Below, piece by piece: positions 10,739 to 20,961 of a DNA stretch of 54,363 bases. The DNA lies in contig JAYUEN010000116.1 of assembly GCA_043739185.1 (NCBI GenBank), positions 1 through 54,363 of the forward strand, in the 5' to 3' direction. The stretch is from Bdellovibrionales bacterium. GTDB taxonomy: Bacteria; Bdellovibrionota; Bdellovibrionia; Bdellovibrionales; JAMPXM01. The translations under genes were made by a program, and so were the position numbers. The notes below the pieces were generated by a model. That model ran no database searches and had not been told where the DNA came from. It worked only from the letters and a program-made list of their open reading frames with translations. Position 1 is the first letter of the stretch; each line of letters starts with the position of its first letter.

Positions 10739-12654
10739 TGATATTTGATATTAAGAAAGCCATTTGTGCCGCAATTATTTCGAGTTTGGTATTAAGCCCT
10801 GTTAGGTTGCGTGCTGGAATCGTAAAAGTTGAACCATCTTCGGATCAGTTTACGGTGGGCGATACAGATTTTCATCCGGATAGTAAGCATTTTCAAGTTC
10901 CGGACTGGGTCGATGAGCAAGCAGACGAAGACGTGGTTCGAATTCCAAAAGTCATTACAGACGAGGCGCAAAGCTCCTCTGCCGAGAATCTCAAGGAAAT
11001 TGAAAAAGAGCTTGAGAAGTTAATTGAAGAAGCCCCACCTGAAAACGCTTTGCATGGTTTACTTGAAAAATCGAGTTTGAGCGAAAAGCAAATCGCTGCG
11101 AATTATGTCGCCCAAAATACAAAGAGAGTTCCGGTGAGGGGAGCCCCAGCCAGAGCGGCTAATACCTCTGGCGGTGACAAGAGACAACTTATCGCAAGGG
11201 CGCAAAAGCTAATTGCCGCCGGCCAGTACAATGAGGCATCGATCCTTTTGTTCAATATGGCAAAGAGTACTCAATACCAAAATGAACGCTCTCAAATTGA
11301 ATATATTTTGGGGCGCGTTTTGTTTGAAATGAAACTCTATCAAACTTCGGCATTTGTATTTTATGATGTCGTTCGTGTAGAGGGAAAAAATACGAAGAGT
11401 CGATATTTGCGCCAGAGTCTTGAAAAGTTATCTCTAGCCGGCGACGCTCTTGATTCGGATCTGCTTCTCAAATTTGCCGTGAGTCAGGTGAATGAAAATG
11501 ACTTTCCTGAATCTGAAAGAGACATCCTATTTTACCGTACAGGTGAGCTGCGACTACAAGAGAAAAAGTTCAAAGAGGCCGCAGTCTTGTTTGCGAAAGT
11601 TCGGCCCAATAGCACACTTTTTACTAAAGCAAGATACAACTTAGGCTTGTCATTAACCGAAGCTGGAGATTTGGATGCTGCTGTCAGCGCATTCGATGAC
11701 CTCACACAAATGGGAAATGCAAAACAGATCACCGATAAAAATCGAGTGAACGGAATTTTGGCCAAAGCTCGAGTCTTGTATCAGAAAAAAGATTGGGCGG
11801 GAGCCGTTGAAGCTTACCGAGATATTCCAAGAGATACGGAGCAGTGGCATGAGTCACTCTTTGAGCAAAGTTGGACGCTTTTACGAATGGCGAAATTTAG
11901 AAATGCGCTCAGTAATTTTCATTCCCTGCATTCTCCATACTATGAGGATTTTTATCAGCCAGAGTCCCTTCTGTTGCGTGCTATTGTTTATCTTTATATC
12001 TGCCGTTACGATGAAATGGAAAAGACTCTTGATCTCTTTGAGAAAGTATATAAACCCGTGCAGCTCGGCATTCGATCCTCACTTGAAACGGATCGTGAGC
12101 CAATGATTTATTATAAAGAAATCAATAGAATTGCCGAAAACTTTGATGCGATCAAAGCCAGACAAAAAGGAAGTCGCACTGGATTGAAGCTCCCATTCTT
12201 GGTCGGCCGCCAAATATTAAAAGAAGGCGATGTCCGAAAGGCTCAGAGTTATTTGCACAAACTATATGACGAGCACAAGCGAGTTATTGCTATGACTGGT
12301 AAATGGCAGGCTTCTCCGATTGGTCGATATGCCAGAAAAATTGTCGACAAGCGAATTGAGGCAACACGTTCCTTTATAGGGAAGTTGGTTCGTCGACATA
12401 TGATTTTGATGCAAGTTGATCTTAGAGATTTATTCGAACAAGTTGGTTTTTTAAGATTTGAATCAACGAGCGGTCGAAAAGAAGTAGTTAAGAAAGAAAT
12501 TCAAGGAAAAGGCGTTGTCCGAAATCGTGTTGATGAAGAAAGTTCGCGTAACTACTTCATTCAAAATGGCTATGAGTACTGGCCTTTTAAAGGTGAATAT
12601 TGGTTAGACGAAATTGGTAATTATCATTACCTAGGTGTGCAGGCTTGTGAATAA
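10735..12654 (+). CDS. gltC: GltC-like TPR protein (gliding motility)
   Basis: Signal peptide, TPR-like helices, HSLHSPYY, and C-terminal YWPFKGEYWLDEIGNY resembling GltC; follows the two beta-barrels. Confidence 0.75.
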   Translation: MMIFDIKKAICAAIISSLVLSPVRLRAGIVKVEPSSDQFTVGDTDFHPDSKHFQVPDWVDEQADEDVVRIPKVITDEAQSSSAENLKEIEKELEKLIEEAPPENALHGLLEKSSLSEKQIAANYVAQNTKRVPVRGAPARAANTSGGDKRQLIARAQKLIAAGQYNEASILLFNMAKSTQYQNERSQIEYILGRVLFEMKLYQTSAFVFYDVVRVEGKNTKSRYLRQSLEKLSLAGDALDSDLLLKFAVSQVNENDFPESERDILFYRTGELRLQEKKFKEAAVLFAKVRPNSTLFTKARYNLGLSLTEAGDLDAAVSAFDDLTQMGNAKQITDKNRVNGILAKARVLYQKKDWAGAVEAYRDIPRDTEQWHESLFEQSWTLLRMAKFRNALSNFHSLHSPYYEDFYQPESLLLRAIVYLYICRYDEMEKTLDLFEKVYKPVQLGIRSSLETDREPMIYYKEINRIAENFDAIKARQKGSRTGLKLPFLVGRQILKEGDVRKAQSYLHKLYDEHKRVIAMTGKWQASPIGRYARKIVDKRIEATRSFIGKLVRRHMILMQVDLRDLFEQVGFLRFESTSGRKEVVKKEIQGKGVVRNRVDEESSRNYFIQNGYEYWPFKGEYWLDEIGNYHYLGVQACE

Positions 12655-12670
12655 TTTAAAGTTTTTCGAA

Positions 12671-15600
12671 ATGAAAAAGCAGATAAATATTTTTGATAAG
12701 CCTTCGCGTATTGTGGCTACGCAATTATTTTTTTGGATTTCTTTGGGACTTTCGATTTCAGTATTTTCGCAACTGGCATCAGCACAAGATGACAAGAGCA
12801 CGGCGGCCGCAAAAGCAGCCGCTAAAAAGAGAGCGCTGCTCAGACCTGCGCAACCGGGAGGAGCTAGTGGCAAAGACTCGTTGGGACTCACTCGCAACTC
12901 TGTAGCGCTACCTCAATCTGAAAAGCTATTAACACCAAAGGTAATTCCGCGAAATATGCAGGTGGTAAAACCACCTCGTAATTCGGAGTTTTACGAAGGA
13001 AATACCAAAGAAGTTGAATACGAAAAATTACTAGATAAAGAAATAAGCGATCTTTACAGACTTTCTCAACAATATCGTCAAAGTAAAAATCGCGGCGAAA
13101 TTTGGTTGCGACTTGCCGAGCGCTATAAAGAAAAATCAAAATTAATTGAGTTTAGAAAGCAGGCCGAGTACGACCGAGAATTGAAATTGTTTGCAGATCA
13201 AAAGACTAAGGTGAAGCCGCATTTAGATTTGAAATTGGCCCACGACTATAATCTGAAAGCTATCGAGCTCTATGAGTGGTTTATTAAGGACTTTCCTCAG
13301 GATCAAAAAATTGATCAAGCACTTTTCTTTTTGGGTTACCACAATTTTGAAGTGGGAAGATCTCAAGTGGGAGAAGGATATTATAAGCGACTGGTGAAGA
13401 GCTATCCAGATAGCGAATATGTAGTTGAGAGCAATTTCGCTTTGGGTGAGTACTATTTCGAAAATGAGCAATGGCAGTCCGCTCTTGAAAACTATCAAAA
13501 GGTAATCGTTAAAAGACGAGGCCGGCTGTTGACCTTTGCATTTTATAAAGCGGCATGGTGCTTTTTTCGACTCAACCGAACGGAAGCAGCGTTAAAATCG
13601 CTGGAGCGAGTTGTCAAATTGAGTGGTGGCCCACAAGAGGCAGTTAAGGGTACCAATTCGAGCGGTGCAAATGTGAACAAAGTACGCTTGGCTGCAGAGG
13701 CCGTCCGGGATTATGTCCCGTTTTTTGCTGAAAGCGGAGAATTTAAAACGGCTGCGCAAAAATTTTATGAAGTGGTTCAAGATGAAACAAAAGCTTTCAG
13801 CATGGTGGAACACTTAGCCCACACTTATTCGGATAACGGCAATCGAGTTGCATCTAATTTTTTGTATAAACAACTCATTCAAAAAAATCCAAATGCTGAA
13901 AAGGCAGCGGATTATCAATTTCAAATTATTTTATCCCATGCTACATCGGACCAGAAGGCCTTTCGTGAAGAGCTTATCAATTGGCTAGAGAATTTTGGAC
14001 CCTCTAGCCAATGGAAAAAAGAGAATATAAAAAATCAAAAGTTGACCACTGAGACTTTAAGACTGCAAGAAACAACTCTGCGTAATCACGTTTTGCAGCT
14101 TCATCAAACTGCACAAAATTCTAAATCTCCCCAAGTTCAGGCGCAAGCGGCGTATGCGTATGTTCTTTATTCAAAATATTTTTTCGATTCGCCTCATGCT
14201 CTTGAAATGGCGTTTTTTCAAGCGGAGCTCTTGTTTGATATGGGACAATTTGACAATGCCTCTAAGCTATACAGTTATGTAATAGATAAGAGCACGCCGA
14301 AAACTCCCTATTATGAAAAGGCAGTCATTAATAATTTATTGGCTTTGGAGCGTTCACTTCCTTCCTCTGAAGAAATTGACAAAAAGCGTGGAAAGAGTTT
14401 GCAGCCAATTGCCTTTGACCCTGCGGTTGAGAGATTTGAAAAAGGCGCACTTATTTACCTTCGGGCTTATCCGAAGGGAGAGAAAGTGGCCAACCTCGAG
14501 CGCCGCTTGGGATATTTTTACTATTCATATAATCAATTCGATAAATCGACCCCGATATTTGAGAAAATTCTGATCGATCGACCTAATACCGAAAATTCTG
14601 AAATTGCAGGAAATTTAATTTTAGATACCTATAAACTACGCAAAGATGACTTTGGTCTTGGTGAAAAAGCTGCGGAGCTCTTAACTCATGCAAGTGTGGC
14701 GAATAGCAAAATCGGTCCCAAATTGCGTGAAATTGTAGAAGCATCGAGCTACGCAAGAGCCGACAAATTTGCGGAGTCTAAGGACTATACCAAAGCTGCC
14801 AAAGAGTACGAAAAATTTGCAACGACGGCGAAATCTCCTGAACTCATTGCTGCCGCTCAATATAAGGCTGCCGATAATTTTGAAAAAATTGGAGACTTAC
14901 CAGCGGCAATGCGCATGCATACACTTGTGGTGTCAAAGCCTAATGAAAATGCTAAAATTAAAGTTATTCAGAATGACTCACGAAATGCCTTGGCCAGACT
15001 TTATACGCAAACTGTACAGCTCGAGCAAGCCGCCAAACTTTTCTCATCTTATGCGGCTACCAATTTGAAAGATCCTAAAGCGGTTAATGGATTTAATAAT
15101 GCCGCCGTATTATTTGATGCACTCAATGAATATCCGGCAGCGCAAGAAAATTACGAAAGCTACTACAAATACACGCGAAACAAAGATCGAAATGAAAGTT
15201 TTTATCTCGAAGCCGAACTTCTAAAACGTCAAAATAAAATGAGCCTGGCGATGCCACTTTTCGAACAATATGTAAATCTTGGTGCCAATCGCGAACATAT
15301 CGTAAAATCCGCTTATGCAATCGCCACTATGAATCAAAAACTTGGTCGCATTGATAAGGCGCGTATTTGGTACAAAAAAACAGTCGATATTCAAAAGCGT
15401 TTTCGTAAAGAAGGAAATGAGGGTGTTTCATTTGCAGCCGAAGCACGCTTTAAGCTTGCAGCCGAAGAGCTTGCGCAACTGAGAGCACTTAAATTTAGTG
15501 CGAGCCCGAAACAACAAGAGCGAGTTGCAAAAGATATTCTCATGTTTCAAAACCGTTATGTGAAACAAGAAATGGGCGATGTCATACGATATGACTATGG

Positions 15601-15922
15601 TCCCATGATTGTGGCGGCACTTTCTTCAACCGGCCAAATGTTTGAAATCATCGCTTATAATTTTTCGAAGATTCCTCCCGGTAAAGACTTTTCGGCAGAT
15701 GATCTAGCAAATTTCAAGGGCCTCATTGGACAAAAAGTTTCAGAGTATCGAAAGCAGGCATTAGATGCCTATAAGCTCTCGTATGACAAATCGCAAACTC
15801 TCGAAATCTATACGGAGTGGACGGCGATGGCGCACGAAGCTTTGTCAAATTTAGATCCGACCAATTATCAAAAAAACTCTGAATTTATTATGGACACTAA
15901 GCAATCGGTATGGAGCTTTTAA
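12671..15922 (+). CDS. gltD: GltD/AgmU-like large periplasmic TPR protein
   Basis: About 1080 aa with a signal peptide (ASA-Q) and many TPR repeats (e.g. ALFFLGY, FALGEYYF, AFYKAAWCFF). ATG 12671 is preferred over the overlapping GTG at 12635. Confidence 0.78.
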   Translation: MKKQINIFDKPSRIVATQLFFWISLGLSISVFSQLASAQDDKSTAAAKAAAKKRALLRPAQPGGASGKDSLGLTRNSVALPQSEKLLTPKVIPRNMQVVKPPRNSEFYEGNTKEVEYEKLLDKEISDLYRLSQQYRQSKNRGEIWLRLAERYKEKSKLIEFRKQAEYDRELKLFADQKTKVKPHLDLKLAHDYNLKAIELYEWFIKDFPQDQKIDQALFFLGYHNFEVGRSQVGEGYYKRLVKSYPDSEYVVESNFALGEYYFENEQWQSALENYQKVIVKRRGRLLTFAFYKAAWCFFRLNRTEAALKSLERVVKLSGGPQEAVKGTNSSGANVNKVRLAAEAVRDYVPFFAESGEFKTAAQKFYEVVQDETKAFSMVEHLAHTYSDNGNRVASNFLYKQLIQKNPNAEKAADYQFQIILSHATSDQKAFREELINWLENFGPSSQWKKENIKNQKLTTETLRLQETTLRNHVLQLHQTAQNSKSPQVQAQAAYAYVLYSKYFFDSPHALEMAFFQAELLFDMGQFDNASKLYSYVIDKSTPKTPYYEKAVINNLLALERSLPSSEEIDKKRGKSLQPIAFDPAVERFEKGALIYLRAYPKGEKVANLERRLGYFYYSYNQFDKSTPIFEKILIDRPNTENSEIAGNLILDTYKLRKDDFGLGEKAAELLTHASVANSKIGPKLREIVEASSYARADKFAESKDYTKAAKEYEKFATTAKSPELIAAAQYKAADNFEKIGDLPAAMRMHTLVVSKPNENAKIKVIQNDSRNALARLYTQTVQLEQAAKLFSSYAATNLKDPKAVNGFNNAAVLFDALNEYPAAQENYESYYKYTRNKDRNESFYLEAELLKRQNKMSLAMPLFEQYVNLGANREHIVKSAYAIATMNQKLGRIDKARIWYKKTVDIQKRFRKEGNEGVSFAAEARFKLAAEELAQLRALKFSASPKQQERVAKDILMFQNRYVKQEMGDVIRYDYGPMIVAALSSTGQMFEIIAYNFSKIPPGKDFSADDLANFKGLIGQKVSEYRKQALDAYKLSYDKSQTLEIYTEWTAMAHEALSNLDPTNYQKNSEFIMDTKQSVWSF

Positions 15923-16833
15923 TGTTTGTTTTTAGGCCCGACAGAGCAGTCAAAAACTATCTAGCGATGACGCTGCTTTTAGCGTCGGCAGGATGTTCAA
16001 GCCTTCAAAAGCCAATTCAAGCAGGCCCTACAGCTAATAATTCATCTGACTCGAAAATGTCTATAGATGATATCAAATCAGACGATGAATTCGCACAAAA
16101 GCCTCAGGTAGAAAGCAAAGTGGAAGCTTCGCCTAAAACCAATCCCAAGAGCGAATTAGTCAAAAGCTCCGCGGTAAACTTTGGTGCTCTTGCAAAAAGT
16201 AATCGTCTCGATCAAATTCGTGATGAAGCGATGAAGATACTAGCTGGAAATGCAAACGATGTCGCTGCATTAAACGCATTATCTTTTACTTATTTCAAAA
16301 AGAATAAATTAGGGGCGGCGAGAATTGTGCTTGAACGTGCGCTTGAAAAAAATCCGAATGCGCCTCAAATTTTGACAAATTTGGCAGTATTGGATTTGGC
16401 AGAGAACGAACCTGGTCGGGCTTTGGTTAACCTAAAGAAGTCATATAAAATCGATGATCGTAACTCTGAAACCTTAGGGCTCATTGGTTCGATTTACATT
16501 CAAAATAGAGATTATGCAAAAGCCTTGGCTCCATTAGAGCAATCATATAAGAACGACAAAACAAATATTCGTATCGCCAATAATTACGCTGTGGCACTGA
16601 CCAAAACCAAATCCTACGAACAGGCGCAGCGAGTTTACGACGAGATCATTGCGCAGAACTCTCGGGAGTCCGAAATTTTGATAAACTATGCTAGCCTTTT
16701 GGTAGACTACCTAAACAAGCCTAAAGAAGGTCTCAATCTAGTCTATAAAGTTAAGTTTATTGAAACTGAGCGACAAGATATAATTGATTTAGCGAATAAA
16801 TTAGAAAATCGGGCTAAAACTGCGTTAAAATAA
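15922..16833 (+). CDS. gltE: GltE/AglT-like TPR lipoprotein
   Basis: Lipobox SAGC and TPR repeats. TAATG overlap with the gltD stop and GGAG at 15912-15915 favour the start at 15922. Confidence 0.72.
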   Translation: MFVFRPDRAVKNYLAMTLLLASAGCSSLQKPIQAGPTANNSSDSKMSIDDIKSDDEFAQKPQVESKVEASPKTNPKSELVKSSAVNFGALAKSNRLDQIRDEAMKILAGNANDVAALNALSFTYFKKNKLGAARIVLERALEKNPNAPQILTNLAVLDLAENEPGRALVNLKKSYKIDDRNSETLGLIGSIYIQNRDYAKALAPLEQSYKNDKTNIRIANNYAVALTKTKSYEQAQRVYDEIIAQNSRESEILINYASLLVDYLNKPKEGLNLVYKVKFIETERQDIIDLANKLENRAKTALK

Positions 16834-16840
16834 TCGAAGA

Positions 16841-17230
16841 GTGAAAATGAGAAATGTAACTTCATATAATTTATTTTTAGATCTAAGACGATTTGCGCAA
16901 AATGTCTGCTTTGCAATTTATTTTACTTCAATTTTTACGAACTTAGCTTATGCACAAGGAACGGCTTCGCCTGCAGATAAATTAGATACGCCCGCGACCA
17001 GTCCGGCAGCAGGCGATAACAAATCGAAAGCGCCTGCTAAAGGAAAAAAGACAACAATCGACTTTGAAGATCAATTGATCGAAGGTAGCAGGCAAAAGCC
17101 AGAATTATTTTATTTATTGCAAAACAAAGACTTTAACTACAAGCGTCTGATTCGACTAAGAGAAGACTTTCTGCCTGAACTTCGAAAAAGTGGCGAAGAC
17201 GTACAAGGTAAATCCGGTGGTGCCCAATGA
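16841..17230 (+). CDS. gltF: GltF/CglF-like small secreted protein
   Basis: Signal peptide (AYA-Q) and the motif TTIDFEDQLIEG..QKPE...LIRLREDFLPEL; located between gltE and gltG. Confidence 0.75.
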   Translation: MKMRNVTSYNLFLDLRRFAQNVCFAIYFTSIFTNLAYAQGTASPADKLDTPATSPAAGDNKSKAPAKGKKTTIDFEDQLIEGSRQKPELFYLLQNKDFNYKRLIRLREDFLPELRKSGEDVQGKSGGAQ

Positions 17231-19623
17231 GTGAAGAAACGAAGCCGGTTGTTCTAAGGGTCTATTTGGGCGGTGAGCTCCAGACCATTAAGCAATTTAC
17301 AATTCAGCAAATTGTCATCGGTCAGTCTGCGGAAGTTCAGCTGCCCTTGAATCATAAGTCAGTTTCTGTGATTCATGCAGCGATTGAGCACCGTGATACA
17401 GGTTATTTTATTTGTGATTTGGGCTCTGAGGGCGGGACGATTCTAAATGGTAGTGCAATTTTGGATGCCAAACTGTCCGATGCCGACGAAATAAAAATTG
17501 GTGATTTTAAAATCGAATTTTATGTTGGAGTTCCAAAACCTAAAGCTCCTCCTGTAAAAGAAGCTCCTGCTGCATCAACACCGCCACCGATTGAAGTTAA
17601 GACCGAGCCGCCTCCTTCAACTCCAGCGAAGATTGCGCCTCCTTCGGAGGTGGTTTCACCCTCTGCCGTAAGTGAGAAGCAAGGCCCTCCGCCATTAATC
17701 AAAAAACCAGAAAATGTTGAGCCGCAAGATATTGATATGCCAACGACGTTTACTGAGTTGAAAGAACCTGAAGTAGTGACTCCAAAACCACTGCAGCCAA
17801 AGCAAGAACTACCTAAAAATGAAGTTGTAGAGTCTTCGTTGAAGACTAGGGATTTAAAGGCACCGATTGTTGAAAAGCCTGCGGCTCCTACCGCGTCGGT
17901 TATTGATAAGCCAATTGTATTGCAAACAGTTTCACCAGTTGAAAAACCCCAAGTGACAGCACCGCCGATGCAACTGAAACCCGTAATTCTTACCCAGGCG
18001 GGACAAGGTGGAGTAGCCGAGCGCCCACAAATGAGCCGAGGCGGAGGTTCCGGTGGGCTTGAGACTTATGTAAAAAAGAATAAGAACGGCTCTCGTCGCC
18101 CCAAGAAAGTTTTTGCGCCCGAGAGTAAATATAAAAAGATCGATGATTTTGTAAAACCAAGTCGCGGAACTGTAGTTGAAGTTCTTGTGGCCTGGAAAGA
18201 ACGTATTATTAATACGTACCATTTTTCAAAACCAGGACTCGTTACATTGGGTTCGCATCCCGAGGCGGATATTCAAATTCCGTTGGCATTTTCGAAACAG
18301 CGAAAAACACCTTTGCTAAAAATTGACTCGAGATTGGTCATAATGCTTGCCCCAGAAATGACGGGTGAGATGACTCGGCAAGGCTCCGTCCTTAGTTTTT
18401 CTGAATTGTTAAAGCAAAATCGCATGGTGCGTGCGGGCAATATTTATCAATTGGCGCTTGAACAAGGCGAAATGATGAAGATTGAAATGGGCGAGTTGAC
18501 GATTATTTTGAGATATGTTTCAGAGGCACCTAAACCATTGATCGCTCCACTCTTAGACTTAACAGCTTCTGAATCCGTAGGTGTGATATTTGCCGTTGTG
18601 CTAGTTGCTATATTATTTATTTATAGCTATCTCTATACTCCGCTCAAGCCTCTCGAGGCAGATGTTCAACAAGATGATCCGCCAAGGCAGGCCTTGGTCA
18701 TAGTAAAACCGCCACCACTTCCTAAGGTCGCAGAGGCTTCTCCGACTCCAGCGCCGACACCAGTCGCAACGCCGCCGCCAGTTAAGTCAACACCAGTACC
18801 TAAAAAAGTCGAAGCTGTAGCGGTTAAAGTCCCGAAGAAAGAAACGATTGCCGATGAGGCGAAGAAAAAAGATCAAGGTAAAACGGCAGAGGTCGCACCA
18901 AATAAAGTAAAGGCGCCAGCTAAAGTTGTCGGTGTAAAGCGTGGGGGCTCAATTAAGACCACTGACACGGCCGCGGCCCAAGTACAATCCAAACCAAAAA
19001 AAGATTTAACTAAATCCGGAGTTTTTAGCGTTTTTGGCGGGGGCGGTAAAAACAATGAACTTTCAAAGGAAACTGCTGGTGCGGGAGAAATTGCAGGTCT
19101 AGCAAATAGCGCCACTGGCAAATCAGGCCTAAACGAACATCGATCAGGAGAAGGTTTAGGAACAATTCAGGATACAGGACGAGGCGGAAATGGGACGGCG
19201 GCAGTTGGTCGCCCAGATGTAAAGGGCGGCAATGGTCGAGGTACCGGAAATAAAGATTATGGCAGTGGCGGAATTGGCGGCGAAAGAAAGGGTGTCAAAA
19301 TTCAACCCGGGGGAACAGAAGAATCTTTTTCAGGGACCATCGATCGCGAGGCGATTCGCCGTGTGATCCAAGCCAATTTGAAAGCCATAAAAGCCTGCTA
19401 TGAAAAACAACTCAATCGCAGACCTGATTTGTTCGGTAAATTGGTTATTGAGTGGGATATTGGGGATGGCGGAAGAGTCATGAGAGCCCGTGTGAAATCT
19501 TCTGAATTGAGTGAGGCAGAAGTTGGCAGTTGTGTGGTGACCCATTTGAAAACTTGGACCTTTCCCACGCCACCGACTAACAATGAAGTGACGGTCAGCT
19601 TTCCATTCTTCTTTTCAAACTAG
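17227..19623 (+). CDS. gltG: GltG/PglI-like protein: FHA-like domain(s), Pro-rich linker, TM helix, Gly-rich region, TonB-C-like (AgmX/PglI) C-terminus
   Basis: N-terminal FHA fold, TM near aa 450-470, C-terminal IRRVIQAN...IKACYEKQL..RPDLFGKLVIEWDI...CVV...WTFP.P...V.VSFPFFF. Confidence 0.82.
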   Translation: MSEETKPVVLRVYLGGELQTIKQFTIQQIVIGQSAEVQLPLNHKSVSVIHAAIEHRDTGYFICDLGSEGGTILNGSAILDAKLSDADEIKIGDFKIEFYVGVPKPKAPPVKEAPAASTPPPIEVKTEPPPSTPAKIAPPSEVVSPSAVSEKQGPPPLIKKPENVEPQDIDMPTTFTELKEPEVVTPKPLQPKQELPKNEVVESSLKTRDLKAPIVEKPAAPTASVIDKPIVLQTVSPVEKPQVTAPPMQLKPVILTQAGQGGVAERPQMSRGGGSGGLETYVKKNKNGSRRPKKVFAPESKYKKIDDFVKPSRGTVVEVLVAWKERIINTYHFSKPGLVTLGSHPEADIQIPLAFSKQRKTPLLKIDSRLVIMLAPEMTGEMTRQGSVLSFSELLKQNRMVRAGNIYQLALEQGEMMKIEMGELTIILRYVSEAPKPLIAPLLDLTASESVGVIFAVVLVAILFIYSYLYTPLKPLEADVQQDDPPRQALVIVKPPPLPKVAEASPTPAPTPVATPPPVKSTPVPKKVEAVAVKVPKKETIADEAKKKDQGKTAEVAPNKVKAPAKVVGVKRGGSIKTTDTAAAQVQSKPKKDLTKSGVFSVFGGGGKNNELSKETAGAGEIAGLANSATGKSGLNEHRSGEGLGTIQDTGRGGNGTAAVGRPDVKGGNGRGTGNKDYGSGGIGGERKGVKIQPGGTEESFSGTIDREAIRRVIQANLKAIKACYEKQLNRRPDLFGKLVIEWDIGDGGRVMRARVKSSELSEAEVGSCVVTHLKTWTFPTPPTNNEVTVSFPFFFSN

Positions 19624-19714
19624 TTGAAGTGGATTTGCTGAGAGCGTGCATAAAAATCAAAGTCAATTTTGTTTAAACCTCTGCCCGACCTTCGTGAAGT
19701 TGTGGATTATGTGT

Positions 19715-19743
19715 TTGAGAACGATCTATAAAAAATGTAAATT
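19715..19743 (+). promoter_or_regulatory. Putative internal sigma70 promoter for aglRQS
   Basis: TTGAGA-N17-TAAATT in the 180-bp gltG-aglR gap; a strong SD (AAGGAGG) precedes the GTG at 19804. Confidence 0.35.
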
Positions 19744-19803
19744 GAAAGCTACTGAATTTAATATTCAGCATTTCTGCGGATAAGACATTTTAAGGAGGCA
19801 TCA

Positions 19804-20490
19804 GTGGAACCAACAACAGCAGTCGAGAATATTACCGCGAATAAATTAACAGGTAATTTTGTAATCGACGCTTTCAGCGCAGGTGGGCCGATGATGTTTG
19901 TCATCGCTGGCATTGGCCTGTTGACCGTTTTTTTAGTGCTTGAAAGGTTCTTCACGCTGCGAGCCCTTACTATCGATAAAGCCGACTTTAGCGAACATCT
20001 TTTTGCAATGATTTTGAGGGGAGACATTCGCCAAGCGATCACTTATTGTGACAGTCGTCCTACGCCTCTAACGGCAACTTTAAAAGCAGGTTTGGTGCAG
20101 GTTCTGAATCATCGACCAGATGAAGAAGTTCAAGTCGCCATGGATGCTCTAGTCTTAAGAGAAACTCCACGCATTGAAGGTTGGACAGCATTCCTTGCGG
20201 TATTTGGTAACGTTGCGACCCTTTTTGGTTTGATCGGAACGATTACAGGAATGATTTCGTCTTTTCGTGGAGTCGCCGCCGCTGGTGCCGCTGAAAAAGC
20301 CCAGAAACTATCTGAAGGTATTGCCGAAGCATTGCATTGTACAGCTTTTGGTTTGATCGTAGCGGTGATCGCTATTTTGGGATACGGATATTTTCAAGTA
20401 CGTGTTGGTCGCATTATCAATGATATGGTCGAAAGCAGCATGAGTCTTCTCAATCTCGTTGTTGCAAACCGCGACAAGATGAAAGAGTAA
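19804..20490 (+). CDS. aglR: MotA/TolQ/ExbB proton-channel protein, AglR-like
   Basis: Three TM segments, ATLFGLIGTITGMISSF, GIAEALHCTAFGL; followed by two ExbD homologues. Confidence 0.85.
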   Translation: MEPTTAVENITANKLTGNFVIDAFSAGGPMMFVIAGIGLLTVFLVLERFFTLRALTIDKADFSEHLFAMILRGDIRQAITYCDSRPTPLTATLKAGLVQVLNHRPDEEVQVAMDALVLRETPRIEGWTAFLAVFGNVATLFGLIGTITGMISSFRGVAAAGAAEKAQKLSEGIAEALHCTAFGLIVAVIAILGYGYFQVRVGRIINDMVESSMSLLNLVVANRDKMKE

Positions 20491-20961
20491 ATGGCACAAT
20501 TTGATTCGAGTAATAATAATCGCTCAGCAAATGCGGAACTGAATTTAGTTCCCTTCATCGATTTGATGAGCGTATTGATTACCTTTCTTCTGATAACAGC
20601 TGTTTGGTCTCAGGTTTCAATGATTCAAATTGGAAGCTCTATTTACGGTAAACAGACGACCGCCGATACCCCGCCGCCACCACCAAAAGCAGATATTCCG
20701 CTTCGTATTGATGTGAAGAGTACAGGATTTCGAGTCATCATTGGCAAGGATACAAAAAATATTCCAAAAGTAGGTGGAGAATACGATTCAAAAAACTTAC
20801 TGGCTGAGCTTAAAAAAATTAAAAGTGATTATGGCGATAAAACCGATGCTGTGATCACAGTAGATGATGAAGTAAATTATGAATTTTTAATCCTTGGCAT
20901 GGACTTGCTCATTCAAGGAGGCTTCCCCTCGATATCAGTTTCTACTGGAGGAAGTGTTTAA
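20491..20961 (+). CDS. aglQ: ExbD/TolR-family motor subunit, AglQ-like
   Basis: ELNLVPFIDLMSVLITFLL with the conserved membrane Asp. Confidence 0.82.
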   Translation: MAQFDSSNNNRSANAELNLVPFIDLMSVLITFLLITAVWSQVSMIQIGSSIYGKQTTADTPPPPPKADIPLRIDVKSTGFRVIIGKDTKNIPKVGGEYDSKNLLAELKKIKSDYGDKTDAVITVDDEVNYEFLILGMDLLIQGGFPSISVSTGGSV

